A DNA stretch of 64,000 nucleotides from Eledone cirrhosa (GCA_964016885.1 OZ024760.1:8742001-8806000), one strand, 5' to 3'; positions 12,742 to 27,282 are shown, counted from the first letter of the stretch. The notes: generated from the sequence alone by a model not told the origin. Translations and numbers: made by a program.

Positions 12742-13454
12742 CATACATACAGGTACATAGATATAGATTATACAAAGAATATATATGCTTTCCTGCGTAT
12801 CCGCCACACCATACATACACATATTCTCATATACATTCATTTCCACACACTGTATACATGCCTGCATATGTTCACAATTTGTGCATATATATGTATATAT
12901 AGGCACATGCCTATATATATATATATATATACCTGTATATGTATATATATATATACACACATGCCTATATATGTATATATATATACACATGCCTATATAT
13001 GCCTATATATGTACACACATGCCTATATATGTATATATATATACACACATGCCTATATATGTATATATATACACACATGCCTATATATGTATATATATAC
13101 ACACACACACACACACACGCTTACATATGCATATATATACACACACACATGCCTATATATGTATATATATACACACACATGCTTACATATGTATATATAT
13201 ACACACACATGCTTACATATGTATATATATACACACACATGCTTACATATGCATATATATACACACATACATGCCTATATATGTATATATATACACACAC
13301 ACACATGCTTACATATGCATATATATATACACACACATGCCTATTTATGTATATATATATATATACACATACACACACATGTACAGGTACATAGATATTA
13401 CTTAAAGAATTTTGTATGCTGACTTTTCCCCACTTAACCTACTTCCCATTACAT

Positions 13455-13494
<40 letters not shown>

Positions 13495-13614
13495 AATATA
13501 TATGTGTGCGTGTATGTACACACACACACACATGTACTCACGCACACATACACATGTACTCACGCACACATACACATGTACTCACGCACACATACACACA
13601 CACATGTACTCACG

Positions 13615-13645
<31 letters not shown>

Positions 13646-13706
13646 GTACTCACGCACACACACACACACACACACACACGTACTCACGCACACACACGTA
13701 CTCACG

Positions 13707-13741
<35 letters not shown>

Positions 13742-13745
13742 GTAT
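12705..13745. repeat. (TA)/(CA)-derived complex microsatellite
   Basis: Direct. Confidence 0.9.
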
Positions 13746-13839
13746 GAAAACTAGGGCAAAAAAATGACAGTAGGCTTGAATGTTTCAAAGGAAGGGCCGA
13801 ACCGTTTAAAGGTAGGAAAACACCGAATCCTGTTGACAC

Positions 13840-14360
13840 TGGTTGTGGTGGTGGTGTGTTGTGGTGTGGTGGTGTGGTGGTGGTGTGGTGGTGGTGTGGT
13901 GGTGGTGGTGTGGTGGTGGTGTGGTGGTGTGGTAGTGTGATGGTGGTGTGGTGGGTGTGGTGTGAGTGTGAGTGTGAGTGTGAGTGTGAGTGTGAGTGTG
14001 AGTGTGAGTGTGAGTGTGGTGGTGGTGGTGGTGGTGTGGTGGTGGTGGTGTGGTGGTGGTGGTGGTGTGGTGGTGGTGGTGGTGGTGGTGGTGGTGGTGG
14101 TGGTGGTGGTGTGGTGGTGGTGTGGTGGTGGTGTGGTGGTGGTATGGTGGTGGTGTGGTGGTGGTGGTGGTGGTGGTGGTGTGGTGTGGTGGTGGTGTGG
14201 TGGTGGTATGGTGGTGGTGTGGTGTGGTGTGGTGGTGTAGTGTGGTGGTGTGGTGTGGTGGTGTGGTGTGGTGGTGTGGTGTGGTGGTAGTGTAGTGTAG
14301 TGTGGTGTAGTGTGGGTGGTGTGGTGTAGTGTGATGTAGTGTGGTGTGGTGTGAGTGTGG
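13840..14360. repeat. (GGT)n/(GTGA)n/(GTGTA)n complex array
   Basis: Direct. Confidence 0.9.
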
Positions 14361-14404
14361 GGGAGGGCGTAATAATAACTTCGCCAGATGAATGTAGGGT
14401 AAAT

Positions 14405-14909
14405 AAAGGTTTCTGATTTAATCACAGGGCCAACAATTGGGGGAAAGGGGGTCGATTGGTTCGACCCAGTACATGACTGGTACTGTATTTTATCGACCCC
14501 GAAAGGATGAAAGGCAAAGCTGACCTCGACGGGATTTGAACTCAGAATGTTATAATAATAATAATAATAATAATGGTTTCTGATTTAGGTACATAGTGGG
14601 AAGGAAAGGGAATATCGATTAAATCGAACGCAGTGCATTACTGGTACTTTATTTTATAGACCCTTTAAGGATGAAAATCAAAGTTAACCTCGGCGAGATT
14701 TGAACTTTGAATGTAATAATATTGTTTCGACTTTTGGCACAAGGCCAGCAATTATCTCAGTACATTACTGGTACTTTATTTTATCGACCCCCGTAAGGAT
14801 GAAAGGCAAAGTTAACTTCGGCGGGATTTGAACTCAGACCATAAAGGGCCGTAACTATGCTGCAAATCATGGCGTCCGACGCTCTACCGACACTGCCAAT
14901 CCAACGCCC
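14405..14909 (-). mobile_element. Cluster of three head-to-tail S1-type SINEs (14405-14550, 14575-14712, 14717-14909)
   Basis: S1 body three times, separated by (AAT)n. Confidence 0.9.
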
Positions 14910-15076
14910 TAGTGATAATCATTTCTTTTTATTTGCTACGATAATAGTAATGGTTTCTTCCTTGACCGCTAGGGCCCAATACATCGCCAATGCAAAAGAC
15001 GCGGAATGTAGGGATTTATACATAAAAAAACCCAGTAAACAATTGATAACAAAGAGTCCCCCCCCCCGCCACTTAC

Positions 15077-15410
15077 TGTTTATAGAATGCCACCAATCCT
15101 CTATAGAACGCCAAGGTGGATTTTCCACCGATCATAGAGCTCAACTGACTGAGGGCCGTAAGCGTTCGACGACATTCCAGTTGTCTCACACTCCCACTTG
15201 GACTTTGCTTGACACAGGATTGCAGTTGGAGCTGTCGTAGCCTTAGTGCATGTCTGCGCATCCTCAGACACGTCATGCGCAGTCCTCCACGCAGTGGATG
15301 TTGGGATGTTGGAAGCAAATGAAGCACTTGACCATCAGAACGAGTCCTTTCCACACAAAGTCAAAAAGTATGCGTTTTAGTGCTACGGGATCTCAGACAT
15401 TGGGGACAGT
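15077..15410 (-). mobile_element. Decayed Tx1/L1-clade LINE ORF2 fragment (post-RT region)
   Basis: Frameshifted minus-strand translation RILFDFVWKG...CFQHP/LRGGLRM..RRHALRLRQL matches the FxW...GGLg motif of L1/Tx1 ORF2. Confidence 0.7.
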
Positions 15411-15696
15411 ACCATGATAAAAAAACAAAAACAATACAGGATGAGTTATATATCAAGTAAATAAAAGAGGGACATCACCGAAAGAAAACCAGAAAATATA
15501 ACAGTGATAGAAACTAATAAATTATCATGGTGACAATAAAAAGCGATGTCAAATGTCAAACAACAGATCCGGGTAACTACTTTATACTAATTCCAGGGAA
15601 AACCCTGCACAAATCTCAGGATTACACTGTTGCCTAACAAGTATTGAAAGCGTTCTGTACTCTGTGTATGTGTGCGCGCGTGCGCGTGCGTGTGTG

Positions 15697-15771
15697 TTAT
15701 AAAGTGAAATGACAAGAGGTCAAATATGTTGAAATTCAACATATTTGGCCTCCTATCATTTCACTTTATAA
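15697..15771. repeat. ~75-bp imperfect palindrome
   Basis: TTATAAAGTGAAATGA..CAAATATGTTGAA / TTCAACATATTTG..TCATTTCACTTTATAA. Confidence 0.85.
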
Positions 15772-15914
15772 TACATTTATTCCGTTCCCGCACCACCAAC
15801 ATGATTCAACATTGAAGATGGATGAGTTGCATAACGTCGAGTGCTTTTCTCTTATTACGTCATAATTAGCATTGCAGAATGACCAATTCTACCCAGTTGT
15901 AATCCACCAAATTT

Positions 15915-15945
<31 letters not shown>

Positions 15946-16259
15946 TTATATATATATACACACTGATTGTATTTGTACATATGGACTATATGTGAGCGAA
16001 CAAGGCAGAGGAAAGAGCGAAGTTGAATCTTCGTGGGGCTTCAAAATCCCTGTTTTACATACAGAGAGATGGGGAGGGCGAGAGAGATGGGGAGGGCTAG
16101 AGAGATGGGGGTGATGACAGTGGGAGTTCGGCTCTTCCACGTTCGGACCATATCCGTGTGGTTGTGTTCATTATCTATAGAGTTCATCCTGGGTATTCAT
16201 CGGTGCAATATATATAGAGCTAGAATATTTACTCCGATTTCAATCTAAAATGGGTGTGT

Positions 16260-16940
16260 GAAAGAGTGAGGGAGAGTGAAATACAGAGAGGTGAAAAAAG
16301 AGAGAGAGAGAGAAAAGGGAAAAGAGAGAGAGAGAGAGAGAGAGAGAAGGGAAAAGAGAGAGAGACAGAAAAGTGAAAAAGAGAGAGAGACAGAAAAGTG
16401 AAAAAGAGAGAGAGACAAAAGTAAAAAAGAGAGAGAGACAGAAAAGTGAAAAAGAGAGAGAGAGAGACAGAAAAGTGAAAAAGAGAGAGAGAGAGACAGA
16501 AAAGTGAAAAAGAGAGAGAGAGACAGAAAAGTGAAAAAGAGAGAGAGAGACAGAAAAGTGAAAAAGAGAGAGAGACAGAAAAGTGAAGAGAAAGAGACAG
16601 AAAAGTGAAAAAGAGAAAGAGACAGAAAAGTGAAAAAGAGAAAGACAGAAAAGTGAAAAAGAGAAAGAGACAGAAAAGTGAAAAGAGAGAGAGAGACAGA
16701 AAAGTGAAAAAGAGAGAGAGACAGAAAAGTGAAGAAGAGAAAGAGACAGAAAAGTGAAAAAGAGAAAGAGACAGAAAAGTGAAAAAGAGAAAGACAGAAA
16801 AGTGAAAAAGAGAAAGAGACAGAAAAGTGAGAAAGAGAAAAGTGAAAGAGAGAGAGAAAGAAAAGTGAAAGAGAGAGAGAAAGAAAAGTGAAAGAGAGAG
16901 AGAGACAAAGAGAGAGAAAAATGAAAAGAGAGAGAAAGAG
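16260..16940. repeat. Purine-rich minisatellite (GAGACAGAAAAGTGAAAAA[GA]n)
   Basis: About 25 units. Confidence 0.92.
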
Positions 16941-17109
16941 ACATATAATGTAACAATGTCAATATAAATACGACTAATGGCTGCTGAAAACAAAACAGTT
17001 TAAACACACACACACACACACACACACACAATTTAAAGAGGCTAATAAAGGAAAATACAAAATATATTCTGCTAATACGTATTGAGTGCTAATTCTGCTG
17101 TTGATATTT

Positions 17110-17171
<62 letters not shown>

Positions 17172-17176
<5 letters not shown>

Positions 17177-17590
17177 AGAGTATTGAAGTTTGCTTGAAGC
17201 ATTCTGGAATAATAAAAATTTTGGACGTTTTGGAAGCCTCAACAATGCAGATGGGTAAATCTCCGGGTAACAGAATCCGGTGGTGAAGAGAGAGATGTAA
17301 GAGGAAATGAAGAGAGATGTAAGAGGAAATGTAGAATAAGATGTATAGTTTGTAGAGGAACGTAGGAAAGAGCGTAAAAATAATAACACGAGATACAGTT
17401 ACCTTGGAAGAGATTTAATTGTCCCTATATTTCGGATTTCGCATCCCTCAACTGGGGTTTTTTCCGGGGGTGCTGGTGGGTGGTTCCGAGGATGAAGTTT
17501 TTAGTTGGAGAGGAACGGTACGTGGCCTCTGTTGTCCACCGGAGATTTACCCATCTGCATTTCTGAGGCTTCCAAAACGACCAAGTTTTA
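17172..17590. mobile_element. (TA)n-flanked element, family E, with a terminal inverted segment and a degenerate HHR-like motif
   Basis: 17540-17588 is the reverse complement of 17220-17265; minus strand TTGAGG GATgcgaaATCC GAAA at ~17428-17453; second copy at 53508-54205. Confidence 0.7.
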
Positions 17591-17619
17591 TATATATATA
17601 TATGTAAATAAATTTATAA

Positions 17620-17669
<50 letters not shown>

Positions 17670-17680
17670 AAATTTATAAG

Positions 17681-17712
<32 letters not shown>

Positions 17713-18180
17713 TATAAACAAATTTCTAAATAAATATATACATTTATATATATATTTATAAATACAGTATATATATATATATATATCTATATATATATAA
17801 ATTCATATACATATTTTTAAATATATATATAAATTCATATACATATTTTTAAATATATATATAAATTCATATACATATTTTTAAATATATATATATAAAT
17901 TTATATATATATATTTATAAATATATATATAAATTTATATATATATTTTTAAATATATATATAAATTCATATATATATAAATTCATAAATATATATATAA
18001 ATTCATATACATATGTTTAAATATATATATAAATTTATATATATATATTTATAAATATATATAAATATTTATAAATATATATATATATATCAATATATAT
18101 ATATATATTTATATATAAATTTAAATATATATATAAATATATATATATTTATAAATATATATCTAGTTATAAATATATAT
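17590..18180. repeat. AT-only low-complexity tract
   Basis: Direct. Confidence 0.95.
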
Positions 18181-18339
18181 CTAGTTGAAAAGAAACACGT
18201 TCGATTTCCATTAGTTTGATTTTTCTTTGATCAAGACACTTTACTTTACTTTACTTTCCTTCAGTCGACTCAAGCTGTAATTCAAGCATGTGTCTGGGGA
18301 ATTTACACAATCATGCAAAAGGAATTGTACGTAGAACTC

Positions 18340-18465
18340 ACTGGGCCAGACTTGTGCCACACCGAATCTCCCTGAGAACAATGTTACCGGTTCACGTGTC
18401 GGTCGATTGCTCAACTATTTACACGATAATTTTGTGAGCAGACTGTTCCGTTTATCTTAACTGGA
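18340..18465 (+). mobile_element. Fragment of an older interspersed SINE-like repeat
   Basis: GAATCTCCCTGAGAAC..GTT....GGT.CACG is shared with 62530-62600. Confidence 0.5.
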
Positions 18466-18467
18466 TG

Positions 18468-19568
18468 TCGTCTGCAACCAACAACAGTTCAAAACACGCC
18501 ACATGTTCAACACATGCCACATGTCCAGAACGTCTGCAACCAACAACAGTTCAAAACACGCCACATGTTCAACACATGTCACATGTCCAGAACGTCTGCA
18601 ACCAACAGCAGTTCAAAACACGCCACATGTTCAACACATGCCACATGTCCAGAACGTCTGCAACCAACAACAGTTCAAAACACGCCACATGTTCAACACA
18701 TGCCACGTGTCCAGAACGTCTGCAACCAACAACAGTTCAAAACACGCCACATGTTCAACACATGCCACGTGTCCAGAACGTCTGCAACCAACAATGATTC
18801 AAAACACGCCACATGTCCAGAATGTCTGCAACCATCAACAATTCAAAACAAGCCACATGTTCAACACATGCCACATGTCCAGAACGTCTGCAACCAACAA
18901 CAGTTCAAAACACGCCACATGTTCAACACATGTCACATGTCCAGAACGTCTGCAACCAACAGCAGTTCAAAACACGCCACATGTTCAACACATGCCACAT
19001 GTCCAGAACGTCTGCAACCAACAACAGTTCAAAACACGCCACATGTTCAACACATGCCACGTGTCCAGAACGTCTGCAACCAACAACAGTTCAAAACACG
19101 CCACATGTTCAACACATGCCACGTGTCCAGAACGTCTGCAACCAACAATGATTCAAAACACGCCACATGTCCAGAATGTCTGCAACCATCAACAATTCAA
19201 AACAAGCCACATGTTCAACACATGCCACATGTCCAGAACGTCTGCAACCATCAACAGTTCAAAACAAGCCACATGTTCAACACATGCCACATGTCCAGAA
19301 CGTCTGCAACCAACAACAGTTCAAAACACGCCACATGTTCAACACATGCCACATGTCCAGAACGTCTGCAACCAACAATGATTCAAAACACGCCACATGT
19401 TCAACACATGCCACGTGTCCAGAACGTCTGCAACCAACAATGATTCAAAACACGCCACATGTCCAGAACGTCTGCAACCATCAACAGTTCAAAACATGCC
19501 ACATGTTCAACACACGCCACATGTCCAGAACGTCTGCAACCAACAACAGTTCAAAACATGCCACATGT
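18468..19568. repeat. 62-bp minisatellite with a 354-bp higher-order duplication
   Basis: Unit TCTGCAACCAACAACAGTTCAAAACACGCCACATGTTCAACACATGCCACATGTCCAGAACG; the same deletion variant recurs at 18795 and 19149. Confidence 0.95.
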
Positions 19569-19651
19569 AGACCAGAGACACCAACCATAAGCTGTACAAG
19601 CAACATTCGTTGCCCACATCATTCTTACAAGATTAAACGACCAGGCAATGC

Positions 19652-19702
<51 letters not shown>

Positions 19703-19725
19703 AAGAAAAAGAACGAACGAAAGAG

Positions 19726-19756
<31 letters not shown>

Positions 19757-19812
19757 ACGAAAGAACGAACGAACGAACGAACGAACGAAAGAAAGAAAGA
19801 AAAAAGAAAGAA

Positions 19813-19875
<63 letters not shown>

Positions 19876-19953
19876 AAAGAGAGAGAAAGAGAGAGAAAGA
19901 GAGAGAAAGAGAGAGAAAGAGATAGAGAGAGAGAGAAAGAGAGAGAGAGAGAG
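19652..19953. repeat. (GA)n/(GAAA)n/(GAAC)n array
   Basis: Direct. Confidence 0.95.
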
Positions 19954-20117
19954 GAATATATTACGAAATACTCCAAATATTTGAGATAACAAAGAAAACA
20001 ATGGATGTAAAAAATAACAAAATATAAACAAAAGAAGAGGAAAACAAAACAATGCACCCCCCCCCCCCACAAAAAACCATCAGATCATTACTACTACTAC
20101 TACTACTACTACTACTA

Positions 20118-21035
20118 TGGTGGTGGTGATGATGAGGATAATGGTGGTGGTGATGGTGGGGTATGACGGTAGTGGAGGTGTGGTGGCGGTGGAGTTGTGG
20201 TGGCGGCGGAGTTGTAGTGGTGGTGGCGGAGTTGTGGTGGCGGCGGAGTTGTAGTTGTGGTGGCTGAGTTGTGGTGGCGGAGTTGTGGTGGCGGAGTTGT
20301 GGTGGCGGAGTTGTGGTGGCGGAGTTGTGGTGGCGGAGTGGTGGCGGAGTGGTGGTGGCGGAGTGGTGGTGGCGGAGTGGTGGTGGCGGAGTGGTGGCGG
20401 AGTGGTGGTGGCGGAGTGGTGGTGGCGGAGTGGTGGTGGCGGAGTGGTGGTGGCGGAGTGGTGGTGGCGGAGTGGTGGTGGCGGAGTTGTGGTGGCGGAG
20501 TTGTGGTGGCGGAGTTGTGGTGGCGGCGGAGTTGTAGTTGTGGTGGCTGAGTTGTGGTGGCGGAGTTGTGGTGGCGGAGTTGTGGTGGCGGAGTGGTGGC
20601 GGAGTGGTGGTGGCGGAGTGGTGGTGGCGGAGTGGTGGTGGCGGAGTGGTGGCGGAGTGGTGGTGGCGGAGTGGTGGTGGCGGAGTGGTGGTGGCGGAGT
20701 GGTGGTGGCGGAGTGGTGGTGGCGGAGTTGTGGTGGCGGAGTTGTGGTGGCGGAGTGGTGGTGGCGGAGTGGTGGTGGCGGAGTGGTGGTGGCGGAGTTG
20801 TGGTGGCGGAGTGGTGGTGGCGGAGTGGTGGTGGCGGAGTGGTGGTGGCTGATGTAGAGTGGAGTAGAGTGGTGGTGGCTGATGTGGAGTAGAGTGGTGG
20901 CGGATCTGGAGTGAAGTGGTGGCGGATCTGGAGTGAAGTGGTGGCGGATCTGGAGTGGAGTGGTGGCGGATCTGGAGTGGAGTGGTGGCGGATCTGGAGT
21001 GGAGAGGTGGCGGCTGGAGTGAAGTGGTGGTGGCA
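20118..21035. repeat. G-rich 14-bp satellite (GGCGGAGTGGTGGT) grading into a 20-bp GGCGGATCTGGAGTGAAGTG unit
   Basis: Direct periodicity. Confidence 0.93.
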
Positions 21036-21119
21036 CATGTGAAGTGGTGGTGGTTATGGGTGAGTCCCAGGAACATGGATAAAGTACAAACTACCGACCT
21101 TTCAACCGTTAATCCACAA

Positions 21120-21312
21120 CTAGGCCCTACTCCGGCACTATTGACACGACGGCCACTAGTCCGGCACTATTGACACGACGCTCCCTAGTCCAGCACTGTT
21201 GACACGACTCGGCCCTAGTCCGGCACTATTGACACGATGCTTCCTAGTCCGGCACTATTAATAGGATGCTTTCTAATCCGGAACTCTACGAACCCCTAGT
21301 CCGGTGCTCTTG
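21120..21312. repeat. ~29-bp minisatellite (CCCTAGTCCGGCACTATTGACACGAC)
   Basis: 6-7 diverging units. Confidence 0.85.
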
Positions 21313-21629
21313 CCCTCCCCCCCCCCCAATCTAAATGACGTCTTAATTAATGGAGGGACCGAGTCACACATGCATGAAATACAAAGAACAGCTAAGTACT
21401 TAAAACACCGCCCCACACTTTAAAACACCACCCTACCATCACCGCCACTTTTTAAAATACTCTACCCCTCTACTCTTTAAACACCCCACCGTCACCGCTC
21501 TTTAAACCACCACACTAACACCCCACCACCACCACACCACCCCACCAACACCCCACCCTTCGTATTTCTTGTTCCTCACAGTTCTGATTATTTTGACATT
21601 TTCTGGGGTCTCCAGACAGACCTTTCTCC

Positions 21630-21795
21630 TTTCTAACCCTCTCTCTCTCTCCCCTTTCTAACCCTAACCCCTTCTCTCTCCTTTCTAACCCTAACCCCCT
21701 CTCTCCCCTTTCTAACCCTAACCCCTTCTCTCTCCTTTCTAACCCTAACCCCCTCTCTCCCCTTTCTAACCCTAACGCCCTCTCTCTCCTTTCTT
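21630..21795 (-). repeat. Minisatellite embedding telomeric (TTAGGG)2 units
   Basis: CTAACCCTAACCC in ~28-29-bp pyrimidine units, five copies. Confidence 0.8.
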
Positions 21796-21881
21796 TCCAG
21801 CACCCTCTCTCCCATATACGATATATGTGCAGTATATTTATATATGTCACCATCCATCTATAAGTATGTAGGGACGTGCAA

Positions 21882-21914
<33 letters not shown>

Positions 21915-22062
21915 ACCTCAGATCCACGTATATACACATATACACACAACCTCAGATCCACGTATATACACACACATAAGGGAGCAATGTCTTAAGAGAA
22001 AATATAACAACTAGCATTTGAAAACCTTAATACACCCCCCAAACCCCCAGACACCCTCCCAG

Positions 22063-22098
<36 letters not shown>

Positions 22099-22336
22099 AC
22101 GAATGTAGAACAAGCAGTTTGTTACTAAGTTACGCAAGGAAACTTTCTCCCGCCCCTTCAAGACTTCCTCCAGACCTTTACATCTGGTGAAATGCCAGTT
22201 AACACTTCAGTTTTCAGTGTCAAGAGGACTGCGCTTATTTTTATTTATTATTATATTTTTTTTTTTGTGTCTTCCTTTTTATGAAGGGTACTATATATGG
22301 TTCCAACTGGCTTAGATTTCAAGGTGCTCTTCACGT

Positions 22337-23532
<1,196 letters not shown>

Positions 23533-23592
23533 ATAATTAACCTCCATTTTCTATGTATTTTTTATTATAATAATAATAATAATAATAATATT

Positions 23593-23912
23593 AATAGGAA
23601 ACAGAGAAACTCTCCAAATATAAAGATCTAGAGATAGAAATAACTCGAACATGGAAAATGAAAACAGAACCAATACCTATAACAATAGGTGATCTAGGAA
23701 TGATACCCCCCCCTAAAACACAGACAAATACATAACCAAAACCCCAGGACTTACAAATATATACAGCATACATAGCGACAGCACTACTAGGCACTGCACA
23801 CATATTACTACAAGTAGTATCAATACAATAGAAACAACATCAGCAAAAACTACACTGCACATACCCAAGGAACACAGAGCTGTGCTCGGTAAAGCAGTAA
23901 TGATGCGCAATA
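23593..23912 (+). mobile_element. 3' end of an R4/Dong-clade non-LTR retrotransposon inserted in (TAA)n
   Basis: Translates KLSKYKDLEIEITRTWKMKTEPIPITIGDLGMI...ALLGTAHIL, the RLE C-terminus; flanked by TAA repeats, the known Dong target. Confidence 0.8.
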
Positions 23913-23925
23913 AAAATAATAATGG

Positions 23926-24304
23926 AAATAATTGTTTCTACATTTGGCACAAGGCCAGCAATTACCCAGTGTATTACTGGTACTTTGTTTTATCGACCCC
24001 GTAAGGATGAAAGGCAAAGTTAACCTCGGCGGGATTTGAACTCAGACCATAAGGGGCCGTAATTATGCTGGAAAAGCATGACATCCGACCCTCTACCGAT
24101 ACTGCCAAATATAGTCACAAGGCCAACATTTTTGGGGGAGGGGCAAGTCGATTAAGTCAACCCGAGTGTGTTACTGGTACTTTATTTTATCGAACCCGTA
24201 AGGATCAAAGGCAAAATTAACCTCGGCGGGATTTGAACTCAGAACGTAAATGGCCATAACTCTATGCTGCGAAGCAGGGTGTTAGACCCTCTGCCAAACC
24301 ACCA
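23926..24304 (-). mobile_element. Two tandem S1-type SINEs
   Basis: S1 body at 23926-24108 and a variant at 24112-24304. Confidence 0.9.
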
Positions 24305-24504
24305 TCATAAAAATAAGACATATCGCCAAAATGTCTTCATGTTTTTAGTATGTCATTTGTAGATTTTCGCCATTTGCCTTTAATTCTTGCTTAAATGGCG
24401 AAAACCGGAAAGCAACACTTTTATTCTCGAGAACAATCATACCATTGGCTCAATAAATATATATCCACACCTAATCTTTTTGCTTCCATCCTAGGCCTCT
24501 CAGG

Positions 24505-24546
24505 GAGGGTTGGGGGGAGGAGGATGGGGGGAGAGAGAGAGAGAGG

Positions 24547-24593
<47 letters not shown>

Positions 24594-24736
24594 ATGGAGA
24601 GAGAGAGAGAGAGAGAGAGGGAGGGATGGAGAGAGAGAGAGAGAGAGAGAGGGATGGAGAGAGAGAGAGAGAGAGGGATGGAGGGAGAGAGAGAGGGATG
24701 GAGAGAGAGAGAGAGGGATGGAGAGAGAGAGAGAGG

Positions 24737-24777
<41 letters not shown>

Positions 24778-24896
24778 AGAGAGAGAGAGGGATGGAGGGA
24801 GAGAGAGAGAGAGGGAGAGAGAGAGGGAGAGAGAGAGGGATGGAGGGAGAGAGAGAGAGAGAGAGGGATGGAGGGAGATGTGGTATGTGTGGGGGG

Positions 24897-24987
<91 letters not shown>

Positions 24988-25045
24988 TGTGTGTGTAGTG
25001 GTGTGTGTGTGTGTGTGTGTGTGTAGTGGTGTGTGTGTGTGTGTG

Positions 25046-25079
<34 letters not shown>

Positions 25080-25215
25080 TGGTGTGTGTGTGTGTGTGTA
25101 GTGGTGTGTGTGTGTAGTGGTGTGTGTGTGTAGTGGTGTGTGTGTGTGGTGTGTGTGTGTGTGGTGAATGTAGTGGTGTGTGTGTATGTAGTGGTGTGTG
25201 TGAGTGTAGTGTGTG
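24505..25215. repeat. (GA)n-GGATG array followed by (GT)n
   Basis: Direct. Confidence 0.95.
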
Positions 25216-25416
25216 ACTCAGGACGTGAGGAGCTGGTGTCTAACTCTGCTGAGAGATGTATATAAGAGGTGCAACCTGTATGAAATCTAATGCGGAGTGT
25301 ATCTTTTACTGAAACACGAAATAAGTGACACGATATCAAACGCGCCACGGCAAATCAAAGCAAAGTAATACGTATGATGACTCTTGAAACACTAGAGAAG
25401 GGACTTGTATACGTGT

Positions 25417-25455
<39 letters not shown>

Positions 25456-25486
25456 CACATATATATATATACATATATATATATAC

Positions 25487-25604
<118 letters not shown>

Positions 25605-25974
25605 CGATTTCGTGACCAACCAAGTGCTTCTCATATGAATATAAACCTTCTCATTTAACGAATGATTTCATGATTCGAGGCTGAACTAGTTATCCCGTTA
25701 CACCTTAGAATCTCCCCCCTTTACAAACAGGCCACGTATCCGATCTTCATCAAGCTGTCTACATTTTCCACGAACCTCTCAATAGTACCTTATCGGCGCC
25801 ATTAATTCCCGATTGTCACCTTTGATGAAAGTTCGCTCTGGTCTATATACTTGTCAAGCAAACCACAGAATGGAGTGTAAACTACAATAACTACTATTAT
25901 TTCATATGTATGGAGGGCAAAGTCTGCTATAGACATGATGCGAGGTGAACCATGACTGCTTTCGGACTCTAGGT

Positions 25975-26451
25975 CAGGGGTTCTCAACCTTTTTTTCGCT
26001 GTGGACCACCAAAATAAGTAATTTTTTTCCTGTGGACCACCTAAACGTTTAAATCTTTTGTAATAGAACTGCTACTTATAAGCATCAGTAGATGTTTTTT
26101 TTCCCAATGAATTAGAAAATGCTATTATCATGTCGCAGTGCCTAAAAATCTACGCAAATAATAATAATGAAATTATTGTGTACAGTGCTCAGGTGCACTA
26201 CAACTCATCAAAGGTGCATGTATAGTACATAGAATAATGTACAAATGAACAGCTGAAGTACAAATAATGTATAGTACATAGAATAATGTACAAATAAACA
26301 GCTGAAGTCGTACTTATGCGAAGACTAAGAACAGCGCTTTAAGTCAAATGCAGGGATCAAAAAAGAATTTGCTATTGAAAATTTTCTGTGGACCACCTGA
26401 ATTTTCCTGTGAACCACTAGTGGTCCACATGGACCAGGTTGAAAACCCCTG
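25975..26451. mobile_element. hAT (Charlie-like) non-autonomous transposon/MITE
   Basis: TIRs CAGGGGTTCTCAACC / GGTTGAAAACCCCTG; perfect 8-bp TSD CTCTAGGT at 25967-25974 and 26452-26459; subterminal GTGGACCAC repeats. Confidence 0.92.
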
Positions 26452-26649
26452 CTCTAGGTTAAGTGTGCGAGGGGAGGGGACATCAGATATTCTACTATAC
26501 ACCCCTCCTCATTTCTCTGAACTGCGGACCTATATACCAGCTGAACCTCACCCATCTCTCCCTCTCTCGTTGGCCCTTCTCTAGATCTATCCCACTAAAC
26601 AAACGAAATAGTCCCCGGTGGCATAGCTTTCATCACAGGTCTGCTCCAC

Positions 26650-27030
26650 TGGAATCATGCCTCCTCACCTGCTCCAAAGAAGGCCAAGGTTGTTTCATCT
26701 GCAGGGAAGGTGATGGCCTCAGTTTTTGGGGGATGCAAAAGACATTGTGCTATTGACAATCTTAAAAAAGGCCACACCATGAGAGTATTAAGCTGACTTG
26801 CTGAGGAAATTATGAAAGGCTAGGGAAACTGAGGAAAGGGGTCTTGTCGCATCAGGACACTGTTCCAGCACACAAGTCCTTGGTTTCAATGGCTGCTGTG
26901 CATGACTATGGCTTTGAACTGGCTGATCACTCTCCCTATTCTCCTGATTTGGCCCCATCTGTTCCCAAACATGAAAAAACACCTGGCTGGGAACCAGTGT
27001 TTCAGTAATGGTGATGTCATATCTGCTCTT
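26650..27030 (+). pseudogene. Mariner transposase catalytic-domain fragment (frameshifted)
   Basis: APKKAKVVSSAGKVMASVF..DAKDIVL..KGVLSHQDTVPAHKS..HSPYSPDLAPS..FPNMKKHLAG; YSPDLAP is the mariner signature. Confidence 0.9.
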
Positions 27031-27240
27031 AACCAAATCCAACCGCTTCTCCTTCAAATTCACCCGGGTTCAAGTAAAACTTAATGTGTCAGAAGTTCTG
27101 TGGGCGAAATATCAGTGGGATTCAGATGAAGCAATAAAGCCGAAACTTCAAAGTTACATTATCAACAATCTTGTTATTCACTAAATGTTTCTGAAAACAT
27201 ACAAATACGTGATTATATATATATATATATATATTTTTTT

Positions 27241-27282
27241 GTTATACTTGGAGAGGGTCATATGACCCTCCCCAAGTATAAC
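27241..27282. repeat. Fold-back hairpin next to a (TA)n tract
   Basis: GTTATACTTGGAGAGGGTCAT/ATGACCCTCCCCAAGTATAAC; the same family occurs at 5690-5730. Confidence 0.75.

Noticed and set aside
15073-15354. 93-aa ORF with a GTAAGT donor as a host exon
   Set aside because: Better explained as a frameshifted Tx1/L1 ORF2 remnant
18465-19570. Cys/His-rich repetitive ORFs resembling zinc fingers
   Set aside because: 62-bp unit is not a multiple of 3; no C2H2 spacing
25218-25308. Minus-strand exon candidate (KDTLRIRFHTGCTSYI..)
   Set aside because: Good acceptor but no convincing GT donor and no recognisable protein
27115-27165. HHR-like CAGATGA..GAAACTTCAAAGTT
   Set aside because: Core substitution and no stem I pairing; not counted as a ribozyme
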